Below, piece after piece: positions 29,542 through 39,710 of a stretch of 64,000 nucleotides of DNA. Source of the DNA: a virus; IMG/VR virus record IMGVR_UViG_3300008107_000253, positions 7,024 through 71,023 of that record. One strand, given 5' to 3'. The notes under the pieces are model-generated. The model saw only the letters and a list, made by a program, of their open reading frames with translations, ran no database searches and was not told the origin of the DNA. Numbering within the stretch: the stretch's first letter is position 1; each line of letters starts with the position of its first letter. Both the position numbers and the translations under genes were made by a program.

Positions 29542-31724
29542 TGAAAAAAGAGTATATCAAAAATTACCTCGGCATCGTCGTACAGAATAACGATCCGCTA
29601 AAAAGAGGTCGGGTTAAGGTTTGGGTTCCGCATGTGGAGATGACCGTGTATGAAGGATGGAACAACACACAAGAAAATAGGCAATTTAATTTTCCAGGTG
29701 CTAATAATTTTTCAGGACTTGATGCTAACATCATTGAACAACTAAGAATGTCATTGCCGTGGGCTGAAGTTGCAATGCCAATGGTTGGTTCTGGTGGCTC
29801 CAGTGGCATATATAATTCGATACTCGATAGAGGTACAATTTCTGATAAGTCTGAATACCTATCAGAAGGTCTTGATTTTATCGATCAGAAAAAGAAAGAT
29901 GAATTAGAAAGAGCTAAAAAAGAAATTGGTGAATGGAAACCAATTGATAAAAATAGGCTCGACCTATTAGCAAGAGAAGATGGCTTGCCTAAAACAAAAG
30001 GTAAAAAATTTCCAGAAATGGAAGACGATGTTTTTGTTCTTGGAACTAAACCAGCAAAGCTATATCAATCAATTTATGATAGTCATGAAAATGATAAGTC
30101 ATCGCTAGGTGCTGCTCCAGATTATCCTGGTAAGTTTGAAAACGGAACTAATCGTAATGATAAAGAATATCAAGCAAGCCGCGATGACATGATCTACCGC
30201 AGCAAGTATTCATTAGTACAGAGAGGAGGTGCGATTACAATTGTTAATACAACAGAGCGAGAGATTCTCAATTTAACGCATTTTAGCGGTTCATATAAAG
30301 AATTCAATAACTACACGAATACTGAATTTGCCGCGAATAACGATCAACGTCTGGTGATGAATGATGCATTCTATACAGTGAATGGCCACCGCTCGGAGTA
30401 TGTCGGTGGTGACTATGATATCATCATAAAGGGTGCTTATCGTGTTACGTTTGGTGATCCTAAAAATCATAAAGAACCGTTGTCACAAATCAAAAGGCTT
30501 ATGGAAGATTTCCATAAGAAATACAACCTGCCTTTCGAAATACAAAGATCAATTCTCGATGACTATGGTGGGCAGTCTGGTGAATTCACTTCATGTCCTA
30601 CCTGTACAAAAGCAATTTATGCTTCATTAGAAAATGTTGCCGATCAGGTAACTCAATCAATATATTCACCATCATGCCCGTCTGAAACTAATTTAATGCC
30701 ATCACCCAAAGCCTATTCACTTGTTTCAGTTCCGACTTTGGAATGTATGACATGTGGCGGCACTGGCAAAAGTCCATCTACTCAAGACGGATCATGGGGA
30801 CAGAATCCTAACAAAGCAAGCATGACTGAGGCATTAATTGATCTTCAGAACCGAATGTTTCAATATGAAGAACAATTAGGCAATACAGAAGACAATATTA
30901 TGAATTATGGCAAGAACCAGCATATTGTTGTATCGAATCGATCCTGTTGGTAAAATGGCACCGGCAGGAGTAAAGCTTTCAAGCACTACTGCGTATCAAA
31001 AGATGGCAGCAACGCCATTAGTAGAAAAAGTTCATGTCGATGCACCACCAACTGGTTCGTTTAGTATGGTTTGTGGCTTTCGATATAACCTGTTAGTTGG
31101 TTCTGGTGGTATATCATTAAAGACTACAGGACCTGTAGATATCAGTGGATCTGTTACGACGATTGCAGGCAAACAGGTAGTAGTGTCGTCAGAGAATGAA
31201 GTTTACGTTGATGGTGGTAAACGTTTACAGCTCACTGCTGATAATATTAGTCTTGCACCAAAAGGCGGCAATGGTGCTCAGGTTTATGTTGGTGGTAATT
31301 TAGAAATAGATAAGAATACTATCGTACGAGGCGGTGCTCACATCGAAGGTGAATTATCAGTACAGCACATTACTGCTCCTATTGAATATCAATCAACAGA
31401 AACAGAGGTTATGGCTGCACACATTGTTGATGATGTTGTACAAGCGTTAGACAGCAAGCAATGGCATTGAACGGAAGTTCGCCTGTTCTAGCAAAACCTA
31501 GTGTCTTTTCTTCTGACATGGCAAAGAAATTTGAAAATGTTGATTTGTCTGTATTGGTGTCAAATGATCCAATTCAATCAACTTCAAATTCTGATGTAAC
31601 ATTGGATTCACTGTTATCTATTGGTGAAATCATTGCACCTCCTTTAGTTGTAGAATCTCAACCAAAAGAAGCAACATGCCCGATTGTGCATCAATTAAGT
31701 GAAGGACTAACGCCTATTGTTTAA
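29541..31724 (+). CDS. gp5/VgrG-like baseplate spike protein, broken into three ORFs (29541..30953, 30907..31470, 31461..31724)
   Basis: N-terminal OB motif YLGIVVQNNDPLKRGRVKVWVP...LPWAE; beta-helix-like repeats; CxxC...CxxCGGTG; frame breaks near 30930 and 31445. Confidence 0.65.
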
Positions 31725-32047
31725 AATGGCAGTTCTTCTGATAGGTAAGAATTAATTAAAGACAAAGCAATGTCTTTTGTATCTTGGTCGACACCTTTCT
31801 CCCCTAATTCTGCTAGCTTGACTTTGTCAATGTCGCTGATTTTAGAAGGATCATAAAGCATTGCCCTTGCGACTAATTGCATTAGATTAAGTTCTCCCAC
31901 ATCATCTTGTTCTTCCGTATCAGGAGGAAGATCTTCTTCTGATTGATTAGGATTACCAGGAAGTTCAGATTGGTTCGGATCTCCTGGTTCTTGTTCAATT
32001 AGATATGAACGAATGACACTTTCAAAATAGGTTGTAGGTTTTTTCAT
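31721..32047 (-). CDS. Hypothetical acidic protein (possible internal head protein)
   Basis: N-terminal YFESVIRSYLIE followed by an acidic low-complexity stretch. Confidence 0.55.
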   Translation of the reverse strand: MKKPTTYFESVIRSYLIEQEPGDPNQSELPGNPNQSEEDLPPDTEEQDDVGELNLMQLVARAMLYDPSKISDIDKVKLAELGEKGVDQDTKDIALSLINSYLSEELPF

Positions 32048-32050
32048 ATA

Positions 32051-32272
32051 TTATAATGAAGAAGTCGATGTTGTTGATTTTAAGGCATCAGCTTTTTTAC
32101 GAGCTTCCAATGCTTCTTGTTCTTCTTTTTGTTTTTGTGCCTCTGCAGCTGCTAGTTGTGCGTCTTTAGCTTTTTTCTGTGCAGCTACTACAGTTGGATC
32201 CGTTGATGTTGTATCTTCTTCGTCTAATTGGCTTAGAAATTCATTGATCGCCATTTCAAATTTGGAACTCAT
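32051..32272 (-). CDS. Small hypothetical protein (possible internal head protein)
   Basis: MSSKFEMAINEFLSQLDEE; AATAAATA box 6 nt upstream. Confidence 0.55.
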   Translation of the reverse strand: MSSKFEMAINEFLSQLDEEDTTSTDPTVVAAQKKAKDAQLAAAEAQKQKEEQEALEARKKADALKSTTSTSSL

Positions 32273-32453
32273 ATTCTTTATTTATTGTAATTTGAGCAGA
32301 CTATGCCTTAAACCCTTTTCTTTTTTGCTCTTTGATTTATTTTCTTTTTTTAAATCCATATCTCAATGGCTCCCTTTCGCTATTTGCTAGCCCTTATTTC
32401 TACATACTCTTCGCTGATTTTTTTAGCAACGATAAAAATAAATAAAAAATAAA

Positions 32454-32969
32454 TTATTTAAATGTTGTGCTTAAAGCACACTTGACACTTAAATTGTCAT
32501 TGACCTTTCTTTTTAAGCCAGATAAAGAATATTGCTCTAGAATATTCGATAATGCATTGAAATTGAACTTCCTCGATTTTTGAATTGCTTCAATAATTTC
32601 ACCTGGTAAATCATTAAGGTCAAAATTATGACTATAGGTAATATATTTTGTCTTGAAAATTTTCTTTAATGCATTTTTTAGTTGCATTATGGCCTTATCA
32701 GATTTATTACCAACTGCATTAGTAATGAAAGTGTATTCTTGTGGTCCACTATCAACGATAACAGTGGAAGCTCCTACTTTGAGCATTAAAATTAAAGTCT
32801 CAACAGCACAATGCAGAACTATCTTTTTGATATCACTTTGAAGACTATTTTCATTAATGCCGTATAAGCTGAAATATTCTTCAATTTTATTCTTGCTTTT
32901 GTGAATCAGATCCTGCAATAGTATTACTTGATAGGAGCTGTAACAATGTTTCAAATTCAAGGCATGCAT
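32454..32969 (-). CDS. Hypothetical protein
   Basis: 171-aa ORF; start position uncertain. Confidence 0.5.
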   Translation of the reverse strand: MHALNLKHCYSSYQVILLQDLIHKSKNKIEEYFSLYGINENSLQSDIKKIVLHCAVETLILMLKVGASTVIVDSGPQEYTFITNAVGNKSDKAIMQLKNALKKIFKTKYITYSHNFDLNDLPGEIIEAIQKSRKFNFNALSNILEQYSLSGLKRKVNDNLSVKCALSTTFK

Positions 32970-33273
32970 AAGTCTTGGTATGGTTGCGCTTGAATACTAA
33001 TAGAGGAATGCGGCCTTCTTTGCAATTAGATTCGCATTGTTTTATTGAAGCCCACACATTCATCTTTTCTTGGTTCTTGCATTCAATATCAAAAGGTATT
33101 AGCTTGCGTGCAGCTGGTGATAATTTAATATCACTTCCACTTTCTCCCATAATAGCACATTTGATGTCGTCTTCTTCTAATTCTGTATGCAAGGACCGGA
33201 ATGAATCACGGACATGATCTTGTAATCGACGGCCTTTGGCCTTTGCAGCACTGGTGGAAATCTTTTTTGGCAT
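32887..33273 (-). CDS. PD-(D/E)XK nuclease, Holliday-junction-resolvase-like
   Basis: AKAKGRRLQ...GSDI...DIECKNQE...PLLVFKRN. Confidence 0.75.
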   Translation of the reverse strand: MPKKISTSAAKAKGRRLQDHVRDSFRSLHTELEEDDIKCAIMGESGSDIKLSPAARKLIPFDIECKNQEKMNVWASIKQCESNCKEGRIPLLVFKRNHTKTYACLEFETLLQLLSSNTIAGSDSQKQE

Positions 33274-33282
33274 TTCCAAAAC

Positions 33283-33483
33283 TTACACCTTTTTCGGTTC
33301 TAATACACCTTTAATTTTTTGACGACGAAACATTTTACCTTTAAACAAAGCCTTTGGTGCACGAGCATCACCTGGTGCATAATCACCTTTAACACTAATA
33401 CCAACAGAAGCCGTAGTATTATCTTCGCCAATAATATTTGCTTTTTGAAGAAGAATGTTATATAGTGTATAAAATTTTGACAT
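33283..33483 (-). CDS. Small hypothetical late protein
   Basis: 66 aa; DYAPGDAR motif; CATAAATA 6 nt upstream. Confidence 0.55.
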   Translation of the reverse strand: MSKFYTLYNILLQKANIIGEDNTTASVGISVKGDYAPGDARAPKALFKGKMFRRQKIKGVLEPKKV

Positions 33484-33497
33484 TATAAGTATTTATG
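33484..33497. promoter_or_regulatory. Overlapping divergent late-like promoter boxes (TATAAGTA +, CATAAATA -)
   Basis: The 11-bp gap between divergent ATGs contains a box on each strand. Confidence 0.5.
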
Positions 33498-33794
33498 GAT
33501 ATCATTGAAAAGTACGAAGCAGAAATCAAAGAAGACGCGCATGTTGATGAATTAAATGTCAAAGATGTTGCAATGAGATTACCAGCCATTAAACACAAAT
33601 GGGTTTCGCGTCTTATCTATCATAAAAGACAAGTATCAAAACTTAGCAACGAGTTAGATAATATTGTAGACCTTTCAATCCGAGAATATCATCGTTCGAT
33701 CGTGGATTACCTTGAACACGTCGAATCAATATTCAGATACATGACGAATGACATTAAAAATGTTATTGAAATTATGAAACTTGAAATGACATAA
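33495..33794 (+). CDS. uvsY: Recombination mediator UvsY-like (short)
   Basis: DAHVDELN...LPAIKHKW...IVDYLE...DIKNVIEIMK; directly upstream of uvsW. Confidence 0.65.
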   Translation: MDIIEKYEAEIKEDAHVDELNVKDVAMRLPAIKHKWVSRLIYHKRQVSKLSNELDNIVDLSIREYHRSIVDYLEHVESIFRYMTNDIKNVIEIMKLEMT

Positions 33795-35260
33795 TGGCTT
33801 ATTTAAAATTTAAATTCAAAAGAGCACATAAAGCAATATTAGATTCAGATATCTTAGATATTGTTCGCGAACAATTTTCTGTTGAAGGAACTAATTTTTT
33901 TCGCCGAGGTCGAAGATTTGGCGCTGCTAATCCACGAACATATGCAATTACACCTTTAGGTGAATTAGATATTTGTTTGATACCGGAAGTTGTCAAACAA
34001 ATATCTCAAATAGGATTGCCCGTATCAGTCGAATTAGACGATCTTTGCAGGAGAAGTCTTAAACCTGTATTGAATTTCAAAGGCTCAACTGCAATGGAGT
34101 TTAGTGAATTTCAGTTAAGACCTTATCAAAAAGAAGCGGTTGAAGTTTCAATACCAAAAGGCAGAGGTATAATCGTTTTACCTACTGCTACAGGTAAAAC
34201 TTTAACAATGGCATCTTTGATTAAAACTATTTTATCTGAAAATGAATTTGACAGTAAGCATGTTCTTGTTGTAGTTCCTGATATCGGATTAGTCAATCAG
34301 ACATATGCCGACTTTGTTAAATACGGGCTGGAATATTCATGCAGCAAATGGTCTGGTAGTTTTGATTTTGATAAAAACAGCAAAATCATTGTATGCAACC
34401 AGGCAATTTTAAGATCAGAGAGCCAATCAAGTATCACAGAATATCTTTCTAAGAATACAGGATTGCTCTTAATAGATGAAGTGCATACAATTAAAAGAGG
34501 TAATACATCTACAAAGTTATTGAGTAAATTTCAAACACTTCATCGATTTGGATTCACAGGCACATTACCAGAAAGTCCTCTCGACTTATGGGCATTGTTC
34601 GGTACTGTTGGTAGTGTGCTTACTAAAATTGAATCGAGAACAATGAGAGATGAAGAATGGATTGCAGATGCAATTGCCAAGATTATTCTGATTAAGCATC
34701 GAGAGCCTCCACATATCGTAGTTGATATTAAAGACCCAAATAAAGCTTATCTTGAAGAAATCGAATGGCTAGTTCAAAATAAATTCCGCAATAGTATTAT
34801 TTGTAATTTTGCCAATAAACTAAGCAAAAATAGTCTGCTATTAGTTAATCGAAAAGAGCATGGTAAACAATTATTGGAGATAGCAAAAGAAATGGACCCA
34901 ACAGGCCAAAAAGAAATACATTTCATTGAAGGAGAAGTCGAAGTAGAGGATCGTGAAAAGGTTCAAAAAATGATGGAAGAAAGAGATAATATTATCTGTA
35001 TAGCTATGTCATCTATTTTTAGCACAGGTATTAGTATTAACAATTTGCATTATGTATTTTTTTGTTCAGGTGGTAAATCTCGAGTAAGAATCATTCAATC
35101 AATTGGACGTGGCAGTCGATTGCATCACAGTAAAAATAAAATGGTTTTATTTGATTTTGCAGATAATACCAGATATAGTTTTAAGCATCTGCAACGCAGA
35201 ATAGAATTATATACACAAGAAAAAATTTCATATGAAACCATCGAAATCAGCGAAAAATGA
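33794..35260 (+). CDS. uvsW: SF2 DNA helicase UvsW
   Basis: LRPYQ, PTATGKT, IDEVH, GFTGT, FSTGISI, IIQSIGRG. Confidence 0.92.
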   Translation: MAYLKFKFKRAHKAILDSDILDIVREQFSVEGTNFFRRGRRFGAANPRTYAITPLGELDICLIPEVVKQISQIGLPVSVELDDLCRRSLKPVLNFKGSTAMEFSEFQLRPYQKEAVEVSIPKGRGIIVLPTATGKTLTMASLIKTILSENEFDSKHVLVVVPDIGLVNQTYADFVKYGLEYSCSKWSGSFDFDKNSKIIVCNQAILRSESQSSITEYLSKNTGLLLIDEVHTIKRGNTSTKLLSKFQTLHRFGFTGTLPESPLDLWALFGTVGSVLTKIESRTMRDEEWIADAIAKIILIKHREPPHIVVDIKDPNKAYLEEIEWLVQNKFRNSIICNFANKLSKNSLLLVNRKEHGKQLLEIAKEMDPTGQKEIHFIEGEVEVEDREKVQKMMEERDNIICIAMSSIFSTGISINNLHYVFFCSGGKSRVRIIQSIGRGSRLHHSKNKMVLFDFADNTRYSFKHLQRRIELYTQEKISYETIEISEK

Positions 35261-35786
35261 GGTCCCGAAAAAAGGACCTAAAAAAAATAAAGAGTATTAT
35301 GTGAAGCCAGAAGAGTTTCATGACGCAATAGTAAATTATTATGCAAGTAATACTGATGTAATTCCACATGAACTTGGTGATATGGTACAGAAGATTGCAA
35401 ATAAAATTGGCTTCTTGCCAAACTTTAAAGATTATTCATATAAAGAAGAGATGATTGGTGATGCTGTTGTGAGAATGATTACTGCACTTTCAAAAAAGAA
35501 ATATGATATTTCAATTGGAAATCCATTCAGCTATTTTACAAAAATTGCAATCAATACGTTTATCGGTCGTATTAAAAAAGAAAAGCAAAATCAAAACACA
35601 CTCAAAGAGTATCGTGATGAGCTGTATGCTAATTTAGCCAACGACGAAGCTTGGTATCAGACACGCAGACAACAAAATGCAGAAAATGAATGGTGTGATT
35701 ATCATCATTCATACCACACAGAAAGCTTCTATAATGACGATAATCAAGAAGAGGATACGTTAAAAACGATTGATGATGAAATTTAA
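35232..35786 (+). CDS. Late transcription sigma factor (T4 gp55-like)
   Basis: YYVKPEEF...KIAN...PNFKDYSYKEEMIGDA...NPFSYFTKIA...RIKKEK. Confidence 0.88.
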   Translation: MKPSKSAKNEVPKKGPKKNKEYYVKPEEFHDAIVNYYASNTDVIPHELGDMVQKIANKIGFLPNFKDYSYKEEMIGDAVVRMITALSKKKYDISIGNPFSYFTKIAINTFIGRIKKEKQNQNTLKEYRDELYANLANDEAWYQTRRQQNAENEWCDYHHSYHTESFYNDDNQEEDTLKTIDDEI

Positions 35787-36813
35787 TAACAATCAAATTG
35801 GTGTAATTGCTGATTTACATTTAGGTGTATATCGTGATAGTGAATTATGGCATACCCTTGCGTTGGATTTTGCTAGATGGATGTCAAAGATATACAAAAC
35901 AGTAGGCATTCAAGATATTGTTATTAGCGGTGATATTTTTCATAATCGCAGAGAAGTGTGTGTAAATACAATGCACACCGCATCTGAGTTTTTTAAGATA
36001 CTCAAAGATTTTAATATCATATTGGTAACAGGAAATCATGACGCATACTATAGAGATAGAGCGGATGTCAATTCATTGAACATCCTTACTGGTTGGGAAA
36101 ATATTCACGTTGTCTCTGAAGTAGAAACAATTGAATATTGCAATAAAAAAATAACATTTGTGCCATGGGCGGCTGATACGAATGTTATTCCTCAATGTGA
36201 TATTATGTTTGGTCATTTTGAAATTGCAAGCTTTTCAATTGCAAGAGATCAAGTATGTCAACATGGAGAATCTGCAACTAAATTGATTGACATTGCACCA
36301 CTAGTAATCACAGGACATTTTCATATGTCAGAAATACGACAATATAAAAATGGCAAAATTGTTTATGTAGGATCTCCAATGGAACTTAGCTGGGGTGAAG
36401 CATATACAAAAAAATATATTTGGGTATTAGATATTGAACAAAGCCAGATGAGAGCAATTGAGAATAATATATCACCGAAGCATTTAATCTTCAAGAGTTC
36501 TCAAGTCCGCAACAATCTCACGGAATATCGCGAACAAATCGCGAACAACTTTATCCGAATTCAAATTGATGAAGAGCTGCCGGTTTCTGATATCGAAACC
36601 CTACAAACAAATTTAGCAACGTTAAAGCCTATTGAATTTAATTTTGAATATCAAGAGTCTGGTCGTGTAAATTTAGATCACATTAATGATGATTTCGATC
36701 CAATTGACATTGAAAAAACATTTAGTGAAATAGTAGACAAGTTATCAGAACCAGCACATAAGAAGCAAAGAATATTACAAACATTGGTTGACATATACCA
36801 CCAAGCCAATTAA
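35773..36813 (+). CDS. Recombination endonuclease subunit (gp47, Mre11/SbcD-like)
   Basis: ADLHLG, GDIFHNR, GNHD, GHFE, TGHFH, YVGSP. Confidence 0.92.
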   Translation: MMKFNNNQIGVIADLHLGVYRDSELWHTLALDFARWMSKIYKTVGIQDIVISGDIFHNRREVCVNTMHTASEFFKILKDFNIILVTGNHDAYYRDRADVNSLNILTGWENIHVVSEVETIEYCNKKITFVPWAADTNVIPQCDIMFGHFEIASFSIARDQVCQHGESATKLIDIAPLVITGHFHMSEIRQYKNGKIVYVGSPMELSWGEAYTKKYIWVLDIEQSQMRAIENNISPKHLIFKSSQVRNNLTEYREQIANNFIRIQIDEELPVSDIETLQTNLATLKPIEFNFEYQESGRVNLDHINDDFDPIDIEKTFSEIVDKLSEPAHKKQRILQTLVDIYHQAN

Positions 36814-36822
36814 AATTATATT

Positions 36823-37101
36823 ATGAAACCAGAATTAATTACACCAGATCAATTAGAAGTAAACTCCGATACTAGTGAGGCCTCATTCGGGTGTGCACTA
36901 GATTTAATGGCAAAAGATGCAGACGCAAAATCTATTAATGAAATTAAAATCAAAGACGAAAGAATCGATGCGAATGTTTTTCTATCTTTAGAAATGGATG
37001 GTCTTGTTCCTTCTCATGAAGACATAGAATCATCTATGCTATCGGCAGAGGATCTTGTGAATATGATTCGTGAAATCGAAAAACACCAATCATCGACATA
37101 A
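36823..37101 (+). CDS. Acidic hypothetical protein
   Basis: 92-aa ORF. Confidence 0.55.
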   Translation: MKPELITPDQLEVNSDTSEASFGCALDLMAKDADAKSINEIKIKDERIDANVFLSLEMDGLVPSHEDIESSMLSAEDLVNMIREIEKHQSST

Positions 37102-37104
37102 AAT

Positions 37105-37368
37105 ATGAATACAAATTTATTACAAACAGACACTGATGATATTAAGAAACAATCATCTGATGCGTTGTTGAAATCTTTTGAAAATGATCCAGACAATATA
37201 AACATATCAAATCTCTATACACCACAAGAGTCAATCGACTTGCGGGATCTTTTTAATGCTTTATCTCCTTATAAAACACAGACCAACCATGTACCAACAT
37301 CGGACTTTGATGACATTATGAAAAGCATTGATGATGATATAAAAAGCAGAATGAATGATGAAGGTTGA
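37105..37368 (+). CDS. Acidic hypothetical protein
   Basis: 87-aa ORF. Confidence 0.55.
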   Translation: MNTNLLQTDTDDIKKQSSDALLKSFENDPDNINISNLYTPQESIDLRDLFNALSPYKTQTNHVPTSDFDDIMKSIDDDIKSRMNDEG

Positions 37369-37374
37369 TCAATT

Positions 37375-38160
37375 ATGAAAATAGGAATAGGAATCATTAC
37401 ATGCAATCGTCCAGAGTTTTTAAAAAAATTATGGGCAACTATACCAGACTATATCGATGATATAGCCATCGTCAATGATGGGAATAAAATCGATAATATA
37501 GAAGGTGCGTACATTATAAACAATACCCAAAAGTTACAAGTTGGTGGGTCAAAGAATGTGGCGATGAAATATCTTTTAAATCAAGGATGTGATTATATAT
37601 TCACACTTGAAGATGATATTTTAATCGAAGATCCTACTGTATTTTTACAATACATCGAAGCATACAAATCTACAGGTATTTGTCATTTTAATTTTGGGTT
37701 TTCAAATCTCGAAAATTTAGATGCATCTTTGCAACCTGTTTATAAAAAAGTCATTGAATATCCAAACGGTACAAAAATTGTATTAACACCTAATGTATTA
37801 GGAGCATTCACCTTTTACACAAGAAATGCATTAATGGAAATAGGATTACATAATCGTATTTTTAATAAAGGCCATGGCGATCATCCAGAATTGACATATA
37901 GAGCATATAAGTATGGCTATACAACTCCATTTTGGTGGTTTGCGGATATTTACAATAGTTGGAATATGATTAAAAATCAATCAAATATGTCATCTGATAG
38001 CACAATCAGAAATAACAATTTTTGGGAATCATTTAACGAGGCGAACGATGCATTCAAACAATTGCATGGGTATAAAATGACAGAGGTTCCGGATATCGGT
38101 GAAGAAAAAGTATATGAAATCCTTAAACAATTAAAAAAGAAAAATGGCCATGAAAGATAA
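37375..38160 (+). CDS. GT2 glycosyltransferase
   Basis: IGIGIITCNRP...VNDG...SKN...YIFTLEDD. Confidence 0.85.
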   Translation: MKIGIGIITCNRPEFLKKLWATIPDYIDDIAIVNDGNKIDNIEGAYIINNTQKLQVGGSKNVAMKYLLNQGCDYIFTLEDDILIEDPTVFLQYIEAYKSTGICHFNFGFSNLENLDASLQPVYKKVIEYPNGTKIVLTPNVLGAFTFYTRNALMEIGLHNRIFNKGHGDHPELTYRAYKYGYTTPFWWFADIYNSWNMIKNQSNMSSDSTIRNNNFWESFNEANDAFKQLHGYKMTEVPDIGEEKVYEILKQLKKKNGHER

Positions 38161-38932
38161 AATAGGAGTCGGAATTACAACATACAATGCAGAATCATAT
38201 TACAAAATACTATATGATTCTTTACCTCTTGATCATATTGATTGTTTAGTTACTGTAAATGGAGGTGACAAATATTCAAACAATTACTCAGGGCATTGGA
38301 TCCAGCATACCCAAAATAAATTTCCGTCAGTGTGCAGGAATGAATGTGTAAAATATTTACTTGATCAAAATTGTGAACATATCTTCATTATTGAAGATGA
38401 TATGATTATTTTAAAATCCAATATATTCAACGAATACATTAACGCTTCAAAAGAATCAGGTCTAAAATATTTGTGTTTTGTAAGTACTAGCCCAGGAGCA
38501 GGAAGTCCTCACAACAGAACACCAAAAACAATAATTGACTATCCAAATAATAGAAGAATTGCATTTTATCAAAATATGTGCAATGAATTTACATATCATC
38601 ATAAGACTGCATTTTTAAACACAGGATGGTATGACGAAAATATGCGTGATGGTTTTGATGTTGACATGGCATATCGTGAATCTAAAAACAAGCACAGTTC
38701 ATTATTTTGGTATTTTGCAGACATTATAAATTCAGACGAATATATCATGAATAATCCAAACGCAACAAGTCGCCTACAAACAGAACGACCTGATGGCAGT
38801 AGAGCAGATATCATAGATAAAATATGGGAATATTTTTACTCCAAACACCAAATATTAGTTAATGATATCCCTCATCCAAGTTTAGATGATTTGAAAATCA
38901 AACTCAAACAAATATATGAATCAAAAAATTGA
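38144..38932 (+). CDS. GT2 glycosyltransferase (paralogue of the upstream gene)
   Basis: IGVGITTYN...VNGG...CRN...HIFIIEDD...FWYFADI shared with the preceding gene. Confidence 0.85.
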   Translation: MAMKDKIGVGITTYNAESYYKILYDSLPLDHIDCLVTVNGGDKYSNNYSGHWIQHTQNKFPSVCRNECVKYLLDQNCEHIFIIEDDMIILKSNIFNEYINASKESGLKYLCFVSTSPGAGSPHNRTPKTIIDYPNNRRIAFYQNMCNEFTYHHKTAFLNTGWYDENMRDGFDVDMAYRESKNKHSSLFWYFADIINSDEYIMNNPNATSRLQTERPDGSRADIIDKIWEYFYSKHQILVNDIPHPSLDDLKIKLKQIYESKN

Positions 38933-39710
38933 CGTTTTTCTGCCAGTCGCACCAAAAGATCTTTTTAGATCAAGATTGGTTATTAAATATTTAACCAGGC
39001 ATGTCAATAACATTAATAATATCCATATATGCACACCTACACCAGTGTTGCCTATATTTGAAAAAAATGAATTAGAGTATAATATTCAATATCATTTGGA
39101 TAGTGAAATATTACCATATGTTGTGCCTCAAAAATGGAAATTTAGGCCTAATTGGATTCTACAACAATTTTTAAAGCTTTTTCAAGATGTAACGAATACA
39201 GACTATTACATAACAATTGACAGCGATGTAATTGTTACTAATCAATTAAATTTTTTCGAAAACACAAATCCGATATGGTATTATGGCGAGGACCAATGTG
39301 AATCACAGTATTTTAATTTTAACAAATCAATGTTTAATTTACCTCGAAAGGCTTCTCATACATACATAGGAGATATTGGGTTCTTTAATAAAAATATTGT
39401 CAAACATTTAATAGAATATTCTGGACTAACCAAAGAACAAATCATCGAACAAAGCTACAATATAATTACAAATACTTGTCATCTATCTGAGTTTGAATTG
39501 TACGGTAATTTTATCGAAACATTTTATCCTGATTTATATATTACAAAACGGTTAAAGGCTCTTAAAAATGGAAAATTTCAATTCAATCCATATGAAACTA
39601 ATTGGAATCTTGAGGAAACGTTACAATTAATACAAAAAGGAACAATCGAAAAATATGATGTTGTTAACATGCATTCTTGGTGCATAAATTCACATTCTTG
39701 GTTAAAATGA
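38916..39710 (+). CDS. GT-A-like protein (DUF6492-like)
   Basis: PVAPKD...WILQQFLKL...YITIDSD...SEFELYGNF. Confidence 0.6.
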   Translation: MNQKIDVFLPVAPKDLFRSRLVIKYLTRHVNNINNIHICTPTPVLPIFEKNELEYNIQYHLDSEILPYVVPQKWKFRPNWILQQFLKLFQDVTNTDYYITIDSDVIVTNQLNFFENTNPIWYYGEDQCESQYFNFNKSMFNLPRKASHTYIGDIGFFNKNIVKHLIEYSGLTKEQIIEQSYNIITNTCHLSEFELYGNFIETFYPDLYITKRLKALKNGKFQFNPYETNWNLEETLQLIQKGTIEKYDVVNMHSWCINSHSWLK

